Of a DNA stretch of 64,000 bases, positions 11,676-21,939 are shown piece after piece. Every line of letters starts with the position of its first letter. Position 1 is the stretch's first letter. Under the pieces are notes generated by a model. The model was not told where the DNA came from, did not search any database, and saw only the letters and a list, made by a program, of their open reading frames with translations. A program made the position numbers and the translations under genes. The stretch comes from Macrostomum lignano (taxonomy: Eukaryota), in assembly GCA_002269645.1 (NCBI GenBank), contig NIVC01001630.1, positions 124,001 through 188,000 of the forward strand, in the 5' to 3' direction.

Positions 11676-13002
11676 AGGTGCACGACAATATGACTGCAGC
11701 AATTTGACTGCCGACAATATGACTGCGGCAATTTGACTGCCGACAATATGACTGCGGCAATTTGACTGCCGACAATATGACTGCGGCAATTTGACTGCCG
11801 ACAATACTCGCATGACTGCCGGAAAATGATGCTCCTAAAGTTTAGCACTCTGTAACCCTTTTTAAGTCTATGCATGTAGTGAAATATTGTATTTAGAATG
11901 ATGCCGAACAGAATACATAACCTTTATAATACAACAAGCTGTTGAAACCCGCGGAGTTTGAAGCCGGGGAGTTCGAATCACAGGAACTATTTTGCATGTA
12001 TTCTAAAATCTGAGGTTAAACTCTAACAAAAAATTATTAGTTAGGACAGAGTTGAACATAAAATAGAGTATACACTCGTTTAAAATTAGGATTGTTGGCT
12101 GGGGTGCTGCGCAGAATGTCAGGAAAACTCTGGCCTCTACCTCTGCTTCTCCCTATGTCCCTTGCATCCTTTGAAACTTCTACCTTCTCTTCTGTTTTCT
12201 CACTTCTCTTTCGTCTCTCGTCTCTTCTCTCTCGTCAGTGATCTCTAATTTCTCTCTCCTCTCTTCTCACTCCTCTTATCTTCTATCTTTTCTCTTATCC
12301 CCTCTCGCCTCTCCTCTCTTCTAACAGTCTATTTATTCTCCTTTTCACTCTCATCTGGCCCGCAGCCATGAGCTGGATTCTTTATCTGGCCTTTGAGGTT
12401 AAAGTGTACCAATCCCTGCTTCGAAAGCCAGTTTGTGGGACGTAGTACTATCATTGTTGTTATCATTTCTCATGCTTTAATCACATCATCTTTCTGGCCA
12501 ATTAGCAGCCCTGAGAGGAGTTGTGTACTCCAGCTCCACCGCAGTTTGCAGCAGTCTAACAACCAAGGAAATACGCATTCTTAAGGAGGCCATTTAAACT
12601 TTAAGGTAGCTTCGTGTGAAACTTGATGTTAAAATTTTCATGGAGTAACGAACTACTACTGGATTGCATTGTAATCCGTTATTCATTAATTTTTGCTCGG
12701 CAGTCATTTTGCTGGCAGTCATTTTGCTGGCAGTCATTTTGCTGGCAGTCATTTTGCTGGCAGTCATTTTGCTGGCAGTCATTTTGCTGGCAGTCATTTT
12801 GCTGGCAGTCATTTTGCTGGCAGTCATTTTGCTGGCAGTCATTTTGCTGGCAGTCATTTTGCTGGCAGTCATTTTGCTGGCAGTCAAATTGCCGCAAGCA
12901 TATTGTCGGCAGTCAAATTGCCGCAGTCATATTGTCGGCAGTCAAATGCTCGGCAGTCAAATTGACCGCGGTAAAATTGTGGCAATCAATTGTCGTAGAC
13001 CC
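11676..13002. mobile_element. Non-autonomous TIR DNA transposon, Mutator-like (9-bp TSD)
   Basis: Perfect 9-bp direct repeat TCTCCTATA at 11667-11675 and 13003-13011. Imperfect TIRs AGGTGCACGACAAT / GGGTCTACGACAAT (rc). Inverted subterminal 29-bp and 15-bp tandem repeats at 11688-11822 and 12700-12960. Confidence 0.75.
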
Positions 13003-13146
13003 TCTCCTATAGTCTTCTTGCAAAAGCTTGTTGACTGATCATTCTTCTCAAATTTCGGTCAACTAGTGAGATCCTGGGAAAAACCGAATTGCATTTGATT
13101 TGCATTTTTCCATTTTCTTTATTCATTCTCTTTGAAAAGCACAAGT

Positions 13147-13606
13147 ATGCAGGATGGTCAACGAAGACTAAAATTCGCTTTTAAGTTCACGTACTTTCCC
13201 TAACTAGAACAGCTATCGGGAACTGAACTGCGTAAATTTACGGATGTATTTGATTTGCTTTAGTAAATGTACGGTCGTAATTTTCTATCTTAATCAATCA
13301 CCTATAATAATAAACTAATTCTGCAGTTATAGGTCGGAAAAAAATATTCTGTATGAGGATGTTCAACATCGCTTGAGCCCTCTTCTAAGTCTGCAAGTAT
13401 GCCCAGGCGAGCATGCGAAGGGCGAGACAAACAATATTGAGTGCGTGCTGCGCGTCTTCGAACGAACGAGTATGAGCGAACTTAAAGATGGATTTTCAGT
13501 TCGCGTAATCGGCTGTAACTTTCAATTTGATATAGTTAAAAATATGTCAACAGGCTGGTACGAATTTCATTTGGCCAGGACTGCGTTGGGTGTCGCTGAA
13601 TTTTAA
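13147..13606 (+). CDS. Orphan tandem-family gene copy 1 (divergent; exons 13147-13190, 13327-13606)
   Basis: ATG exon ending in phase 2; acceptor TTCTGCAG|T as in the paralogs; exon 2 (GEHAKGETNNIECVLR..YEFHLAR) aligns to the other copies. The stop falls just before the paralogous donor CC|GTAAGT. Confidence 0.55.
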
Positions 13607-14949
13607 TTGCTACCGTAAGTTTTTCTGTAGATTGCTTATAAAGCATACGCATTATTATTTTATTTTGATATCGTTTACCTAAATACTCGTAGTATTGAAA
13701 ATCCATTGGCAGATCCAGATTCTTCCCCTTTGGAGCGAATGCAGGAAGCATTGGGTCCGGATTGTTTCTGATGAGTTTTGAATCTTGGATTGTGTTCACA
13801 TGAGGGCAGATATCGTGGCAGAGGACTTCTAGTTCTTTGATCTTGTTAGAGATTCCGTTTGCATTCCATTGAAGGACTTTGAGTTCGATATCACTAGCCG
13901 GTTGGTATTAACGATGATAGTCCAGTAGGTTGATGTGGAGGCTGCTTGCGCGTGCCAGAATTGCTAGCCGCCTCATTAACGTTTGTATTTTTTTAGCAGG
14001 GTCGGATTTGCGATTTTCAACAAAAAGTTTTCGAATAGGTTTTAGGTAGAATGCTGCATTTGGCTGACACAGCGCTTCTAGGCGCTTTATTTCTAGGCTG
14101 AAATGTCCATGATTTTATATTGAATATGAGTTAAAACGATGAATTGATTTTCTAGTTTCAATACGAGCTATACAAGCGCTTTCTTATAGAACCACCTGGA
14201 TGAAAAACGCTTTATCCCTACCCTTAGCTATCATTTTTTGCTCTAAGGCCTAGACAAAAAACCTGACAAGAAGCAGCCCAACCTACCCCGCAAATTTTGC
14301 TTGAACTTTCTCTTTTGCTTCTTTGATTTAAAAAATCTAACAAGTAATTGTTTAAATAGTAATGATAGGAAGTTAGGAAAACCAAATTAGGTTTACCATT
14401 TTTATTCCTTTGGTTTATTTCCGCAGGGTTCAGCGGCGGTGCCTCCAGCAGCGTCGCCTACTCTACTCCAGCCTATCGATGTTGTCATCCTTCTGACTAA
14501 CGTGAGAGGTTGTTGGTTTCTCACGTCGTAGACGGTTTCTAAGCTGTCCTGCAGCCAGTTGGTCAATAAGTAGTTTAAGTAGTAGTTTTAGACAACTAAG
14601 TAGTTTAATAATTGTCTATCCATTAAGATGCGTTATTTCTCTGTACACCTGACATTATTCCGAGTTTTGCGTAGTTTATGTTGACATAGAAATAAAATTA
14701 GAAGTATTGTCAATATTAGGTAAATCAAATAGAAATATTACGTTCATGTTATTTGAATTAATTCACGCATTAGGGCAGATAGTCAACCAGTTGCTTTTAT
14801 CCTACTAGTCGTAGTTCAGCCATGCGAATTTTTTTACCAATCAAACTGTATTAACACGGTGCAATCAGTTTTTATCTCGTCTTGTTAATCACTACCCTAC
14901 AAAGTGAGAGTCACAGAGAATCTACCGTTAGAGTCAGCCATCCATGCCA

Positions 14950-15038
14950 GCCATGGATTTCAGCAGGTTTTGAGCCCTCCATGGTCAGGAATTTGATCAC
15001 TGCCCTGTACTCAATCTTCAGATCTTGAGAATTGCCAT
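14950..15038 (-). mobile_element. mariner-type transposase N-terminal relic
   Basis: Minus-strand frame reads KIEYRAVIKFLTMEGSKPAEIH, typical of the mariner N-terminal HTH. The ATG at 15038 is out of frame. Confidence 0.6.
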
Positions 15039-15556
15039 AGGTAACTGGAATATTAAGGCGCTATGGAACTTAAGTAATGCTTACAGACCTGAAATTTTTT
15101 TCAAAGACTATTAACGTAGATCATTGTGCTAGAGCATCAATTTTCAGCGCTTTGTGACCATGTGATCTTGGTCGGGCTCAGAACTTTTCGCTACTCGTTG
15201 AATATGTTAGTCACATTAATTTACTGTAACAATTATATTTCATACGTCTAGAATTTTTATTAAAAAATTAAGCGTCACCCTAGTCATTTTTTCAAGCAAA
15301 GAACTTTGATTTTTTATTAATTATTTCTTTTTAAGTACTTCATACAACTTAGTCCAAATAAGTACAACTTTACATAAAATAATTATCCAGCACCAACAAT
15401 TATTGCCATTGCACACTCTCGTAGTTTGCTTCTTTGCAAATATACGCGGCTTAACAATCTTATCAGTCTTCTCAAGGCACTACACCGTTTTTTAAAGAAA
15501 TTAATTTTGTCGCGAGTTTATTTCTAGCTTAAAGTTATTCAGTTGGCTGATTTGAC

Positions 15557-15903
15557 CTGACTCCGGTCTGACTCCGGTCTGACTCCGGTCTGACTCCGGT
15601 CTGACTCCGGTCTGACTCCGGTCTGACTCCGGTCTGACTCCGGTCTGACTCCGGTCTGACTCCGGTCTGACTCCGGTCTGAGTCCGGTCTGACTACGGTC
15701 TGACTCCGGTCTGACTCCGGTCTGACTCCGGTCTGACTCCGGTCTGACTCCGGTCTGACTACGGTCTGACTCCGGTCTGACTCCGGTCTGACTCCAGTCT
15801 GACTCCAGTCTGACTCCAGTCTGACTCCAGTCTGACTCCAGTCTGACTCCAGTCTGACTCCAGTCTGACTCCAGTCTGACTCCAGTCTGACTCCAGTCTG
15901 ACT
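15557..15903. repeat. 11-bp tandem repeat (CTGACTCCGGT / CTGACTCCAGT)n
   Basis: Direct reading. The variant switches from G to A midway. Confidence 0.95.
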
Positions 15904-16805
15904 ATCACGAGATCGAGTTGGATCGCTACTACCGTCGTGTCGCGAAGGGACCCACGAAAGTGTCTGCTAATGTTGACGAAAAACTGTTGTCAGAATCGAT
16001 ACAGTGTGTGAGAGCTCTACAATAGCATTCTCATAACTGCTGTGCATTTTTTTTATAATCTATCATAACTATTTTATCTGTTTGACTAATTGAGTCGATG
16101 TGTATTCTGAAAGTTCATTTGGGATTTGCTGCATTTCACAAAGCAAATAAACTTCGGAATGAATTTTGAACGTCTTTGACTTCTTCTTTATAACCGTTAT
16201 AGAGTTAGCTAATTATTAAACTTCAACTTATGCATGTAACTCTCCAAACTCTTTAGTGATAATTGCTCACAATCCCCAGTTCTTACTCGCTGTCAACTAG
16301 TCTTATCCACTGAGTTTAGGACCTCACCTGTGACCGCACATAGAAGTTCTATATGAATCAGTGCTGAACTTTCGTACATAACGATTAGAGGTTCGCTTCA
16401 CACTCTTCTCTTGCTACTCTTCAGTAGGCGATCTCCTATAAAAGACAAATTGGAAATCGCATTGAAAACTTAGACCCGAATGACGTTTCCTAAGTAGTCA
16501 TACACACCAGTATTCGCCGGTCTCTCAATAATCGTGAGCTACGATGAGAAAATAATTACATATGATAAGAAGTGATTAGTCGCATCGGATATTAGCCAAC
16601 TCTCTAGAGGTTTCCAAGAGGTTGAGAGCCTTAACTTTACATAAAATCTCCCTTTCTTATTTACCCTCACCAATAAAGTGCCTTCGGGTCTGGGGGATTT
16701 CGTCAATGAAGGCGTTAATTCTTTTAAATACGTTGAAGTTCACATCCTCTCAGCTGTTATAAACCGTTAAAACTAATTTCAGCACTGGATACCGGTATAT
16801 CTGCA

Positions 16806-17814
16806 ATGCCAAACGATATCTCCTCACCAGTCTATAACTCGTTGGACCTGTCCGCTGGGAACGTCAAACGGCCAAGGTAAGATTTGCTACGATCTGATAG
16901 CTGTCCAGTCGCCCTGTAATATTACATGTATATGTATGCAGTAAAACTGAAAGATGTTAGGATGTTAAGATACTTTGACTTCAATAACTTTCTGCTTAAA
17001 TATTTACTGTACTCGTATAGTCAGAAATGCGAAAAATTAACTATGCGCCTCGTCCCACAAAATATACTTGTGATTTAGTTAGCATAGAATCATGATTTTC
17101 AACAGTGTCGACAGATGTTGGGCGGCCCGAGGATTCTTATTTAACGCCCACAAAGCATGGCTTCATTATTGGTATTTTAACCTAGGTAGACATTCGTGCT
17201 TAACTACTAAGTTTCTGAAAATTTCATTAGGATGATAGCGAGCAGCATAGATGTGCCTCACTGCACGAATCAAAAAAGAAGTTTTTTTTCAATTTACCTA
17301 CGAATTTTACATAATATTGCTTAAAGTTGGGCAATCAATTTTACTATCTTACATCTTAATATATGCATATGCTAATCCAATAAAATAATTCTGCAGTTTC
17401 GATAAAGTCCTAGAAGCTGATACTTTGCGGCAGCTCGAATGGGTGGGTGTTCCTGGAGCCCATTACTGTGGCAAATTCGATGATATCAAGCCAACTCTAG
17501 AACTTATTAGACTGCCCAACGAACAAAAAGGAATTGATGATGGTATGCCGCTTCGTGAGCAAATCAATAACTGTCTACTAAAGATTGAGAAATGTAACGC
17601 TGGTTACAAAATACACGTAGCCAGGGCGGTCTTTGAAGAAACATTCGGTAATCCGTAAGTTTTACCAGATCTACGTACTACTAGTCATGAATAGTGGTAT
17701 ATTCATTATTTGAATTGCACAGACATTGCCAATATTATTTAAGATTTACTAAATATTTCAAAAATAATATTCCATTGCAGATTGGAGGAGCTACCTTGTG
17801 GCTGCATTATTTAA
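16806..17814 (+). CDS. Orphan tandem-family gene copy 2, intact, 120 aa; exons 16806-16876, 17397-17654, 17781-17814
   Basis: Donors AG|GTAAGA and CC|GTAAGT, acceptors TTCTGCAG and CCATTGCAG, phases 2/2, 363 nt open. Protein: MPNDISSPVYNSLDLSAGNVKRPSFDKVLEAD...FGNPLEELPCGCII*. Confidence 0.75.
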
Positions 17815-18589
17815 ATGGGACACGGACCCGGACAGTTCCTATCCAGTGTACTTTGTTGTTGCTGGTTGTTGTTGAGATCTGAGAGCTTATGACGATGCAC
17901 ATTGCGTGTGTCCGACCCAGTTTCAATCGGAACTCCGGGAGCTCTACCGGAATGTCCTTCCATGGAATTTATTTTTTCATCTTTTTGCAAATTCCTTGGA
18001 ATTGCATTTGTGTTTAAATGTTATTATTCAACAAAAATAAACACAATGCATGCATTTTTGGAATTACTTTTTTCATTGACTCTTTATTTTGGCGGGTATA
18101 GAAAACTGTATGATTTATAACTTTAAGTTTCCAATCTCTAGTGGTAACTTTAGGACTTACATACTTTGAGTTTAATTCAAAAGTTAAGTGGTCTTTATTC
18201 AAAGCTATTAAAGTTAGTATCAGTTGGTATTATCCACTGAGCTGAGGACATCACCTGCAACCACTGACTGGAGTTTTTTTGGCACACACGATGAGAGATT
18301 CGCTTTACACTCTTCTCTCGATACTCTCAATAGGCAAGCTAAAATAAAGTAGCAACTAGAGAAGTTAATATTTGGGAAGTACGAGCTTACTATTAATATT
18401 GCTTTAAAGTGCTAAATCTCCCATTTCAGCAGTCATGGCACCTAGTAACGAATAACCGACGTCACCCGTCACCGAAACAGCGCGTTTTTGGCAACACAGG
18501 TGCTGCAGCCAACATTATTGAGGATTCATAAATCGACTTCATGACTATTTTGAAGGTGGCTCTTCAAGCCTTCTTCAAGTACGCGGTTC

Positions 18590-20570
18590 AGGCGCTCCAC
18601 TCCGGAATTCTTGAGGGTGGTAGAACGGAGTCTGACGATGATGGATGCCATACGCCTTTAGGAAGTCGTTGAACTCCTGGGAGATGAACTGGGGTCCTCC
18701 ATCGGTGGTGATTACGCGCGGAATGCCCCAGCGACAAAACAGCGCTATGAGACTCTTGATGATAGTCGCAGACGTCGCCGAAGAGAGGCAGATCAGTTCG
18801 GGCCACTTTGAATGCAGGTCGTGCACACCGAGGATGAAGCGGCAGTTCTGTGGTGCACCCTCATGCAGCTCTCCGAACAAGTCGATCTGCAGCTCTGTCC
18901 ACGGCTCCTTCGGCCACTTGATCGGGGTCAGCACTGTCTGGTGCGGCTTGAAGCTCTTCTCACTGATGATGCACGCAGAGCAGCTGCTGACGAACCTCTC
19001 GATGTCGCCGTCCATTTTGAGCCACCACTCGGTGTCTCGGCAGTGATGCTTGGTTCTGCTGACTCCCTTGTGACCTTGATGCGCTAAGTCGAGCACTCGC
19101 TGACGCAGTTCTTCCGGTATAACGGCGCGAGCTCCCATGGCCAAGCACCTGCCGTTGCTCCAGACAGTCAGATCGTTCCTTACACTCCAGTAAGGCAGCA
19201 GGCGCTCGTCGAGCTTTTTCTTGTCTGGCCAACCGGAAACTGTGAACTCTGCGACTCGTGCCAGGAGCTCTTCCTTTGAAGTTGCTTCCGCCATTTCGTC
19301 CTCGGTGACCACGGTCAGCGTCCGTCTCGGCCAGGAGCACTCTCTGGACTTCCAGATCGTCAGTTGCATCGCCTTCCGCCGGCTCGGCCGTGACCTAGCA
19401 GCGCACGGCGTTCTTGGCATCCGGGACGTACTTGACGGTGAAGGAGTAATTTAACAAACGATCGTTCGTTCGTTAACCAGCGATCCAGTCTGAGTGGCCT
19501 GTGTCCGCATCCAGATGCTGACAGCAGCGTGGTGAGAGCCTGGTGGTCGATGTGGAGCTCAAACAGTCGGCCGTAGAGGAAGAAGTTCCAGCGCTCGCAG
19601 GCGAAAATGCAGGCTAGGGCTTCCCTCTCGCTTGCGGAGTAGCGGCGCTCCGTAGCACTCAGCGACCGGCTCGCAAAGGCAACCGGGCGCCATTGACCAT
19701 CGGAGTCTTGCTGGAGAAGCATCGCACCGAGAGCTGATGCTGAGCTGTCGCAGTTGACGATGATTGGCTGATCTGGGTCGAAAAACTTGAGGCAAGGTGG
19801 CTTGCACACTCCTGTCTTCAGCTGCTCAAAAGCCTGCTGGCACTCGCTCGTCCACTTCCACGGCTCGTCCTTCCTCAGCAGTTTCATGAGGGGCTCTGCC
19901 GTACTGGGGAGGTTAAAATGAAGTTTCCGAAGTACTTTACGACGCCTAGAAACGCAGCCACTTCCTTGGTGCTCGTTGGCGGCTGTACCTTCTCGATAGC
20001 TTCGACATGTGACTGCAACGGGCGGACTCCAAGCGCTCAGCTCATAGCCTAGGAAGTTGATCTTTTCCTGACGCCAGGTGCACTTGGCCGTATTGATGGT
20101 CACGTTGTGCGTCATAAAAGCTTGCAGCACCTTGTTACAGGCGCTTGTCGTGTTCTTCTCTTGATGCCGCGTGCACTACGATGTCATCAATAAAGTGCAC
20201 TGCGCCTTTGATACCACTGAGGATCTTGGCCATCACCTTCTGGAGCGCAGCCGGTGCAGTACTCAGGCCGAAGCACACCCTCCGATTCCGATATAGGCCT
20301 CACTCCGTCACGAACGTCGTCAGATTTCTGCAGTACTCGGCCAACTCCAGTTGCAGGTAAGACGAATTCAGGTCCAACTTGGAGAAGCATCGTGACCCGG
20401 CAAACTCGGCGGAGAGCTATTCAAAGGTCGGAAGTGGGTATCTGTCCGGTATGATGCTCTTATTTGGGCGTCTCAGGTCGTTGTAGATCCGGATCGAGCC
20501 ATTCGCCTTTGGCACCACAACTAGGTTTGACACCCAATCTGACGCGTCGACCTCCTTAATGATACCTTGC
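18590..20570 (-). mobile_element. Degenerate Ty3/Gypsy pol fragment (RT, RNase H, integrase), no LTRs
   Basis: RT WVSNLVVVPKANGSIR..FIDDIVV; RNase H CDSSASALGA..VAFASRSL; integrase HQGHKG..CSAC, IDLFG, TTDGGPQFISQEF. In-frame stops and frameshifts are present and both ends are truncated. Confidence 0.95.
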
Positions 20571-20571
20571 A

Positions 20572-21566
20572 GAAGAATTCGAGTATCCAGAAGAGTTCGA
20601 GTAAGTGTTCACAGAAGCTGTTCATTTCAAGTCACTAATTGAATCATGATATCACCATTAACTGGTTAAAATCTCGGATATAAAATACTTCTATATATTT
20701 ATATACTTATCACACACACCTTGCAACTCTGACCTCCTGGTAGTAGTAGTATGATATAAGGGGCTGAGTCATCCAAGCGAGCTGGCGCGCAATGCGCCTG
20801 AGCAATAAGGGTGGCGCAGCCCCTTATATCATACTACTACTAACAGTCTCGACAGATGTTGGGCGGCCAGAGGATTCTTAAATTAACGCACACAAAGCAT
20901 GGCTTCATTATTGGTATTTTAACCTAGGTTCATGCTTAACTACTAAGTTTCTGATAATTTCATTAGACCGATAGCTATCAGCATAGATGTGCCTCACTGC
21001 AACAATCAAAAAAAGTTTTTTTCAATTTACCTAAGAATTTTACATAATATTGCTTAAAGTTGGGCAATCAATTTTACTATCTTACATCGTAATATATGGA
21101 TATGCCGATCCAATAAAATAATTCTGCAGCTTCTAGGAAGTCCTACAAGCTGATACTTTGCGGCAGCTCGAATGGCTGGATGTTCCTGGAGCCCATTACT
21201 GTGGAAAATTCGATGATATCAAGCCAATTCTAAAACTGATCAAACTGTCTGAAGAGATAAAAAATGGCATTGATAATGGCATGTCGTTACGTACTCGAAT
21301 CAACAATTTTCAACTTAAAATTGAGAAATGCAACGATCGTTACAAAATCCACGTAGCCAGGGTGCTCGGCGGAGTCAGCTTTGCTAATCCGTAAGTTTTA
21401 CCAGATCTACATACTAGTCATGAATATTCATTATTGGAGTAGCACAGACATTGCCAATAGTATTTAAGATTTAATAAATATTTAAATATTCCTTTTCAGA
21501 TTGACCCAGCTACCGTGTGGTTGCGCCATTAAAACATGCAACCAAGTTTCTGTTAGACAGAAATAA
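20572..21566 (+). pseudogene. Orphan tandem-family copy 3, pseudogene; remnant exon 1 to 20600, exon 2 21130-21390, exon 3 21500-21566
   Basis: The first exon (..EEFEYPEEF) is cut off by the Gypsy fragment. There is an in-frame TAG at the start of exon 2 (C TTC TAG GAA). The rest is close to copy 2. Confidence 0.75.
20741..20842. repeat. 102-bp hairpin / mini-MITE with perfect 26-bp inverted repeats
   Basis: TAGTAGTAGTATGATATAAGGGGCTG (20741-20766) is the exact reverse complement of 20817-20842. Confidence 0.85.
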
Positions 21567-21684
21567 AAAATAACCGATCGAATGGTTAATGTTTTGGAAG
21601 TCCAATTTTTCTTTGAATTATTTTTGGCGCGAATAGAAAGTTTTAAATTATTATAGCTCTAAATTAAGCGCGTATCTTCCTCTC

Positions 21685-21939
21685 CAGGGGCGTCCCCATC
21701 CATTATGGTAGGGGGCCACAAAGCCAAGCATTCCACATGACTAAATTTCAATATTGTTTTAAGGAATCGGTGTTGTTAACACTCATTATAGCGCCGCAGG
21801 CACTCATTTTTGCGCCACATTCAGGCACGAATTTTGGCGTTCTGAAGCAAATTTACTGATTACCATATCGGGTCACAAAGTGGGGCGGAGGAACAAATCA
21901 TTATCATGCCCCATAGCTTTTGCAGGAGCGACGCCCCTG
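21685..21939. mobile_element. hAT-like MITE (255 bp)
   Basis: TIR CAGGGGCGTC...GACGCCCCTG. Degenerate 8-bp flanks TTCCTCTC / TCAATCTC. Absent at paralogous positions (~16240, ~24600). Confidence 0.55.

Noticed and set aside
9645-12392. Inverted pair (GAACCCAGCGCATGACTGCGGGCCAGATGA + purine tract) as TIRs of one 2.7-kb element
   Set aside because: The right copy lies inside the 9-bp-TSD element and no TSD flanks the pair; two dispersed copies in opposite orientation are more likely.
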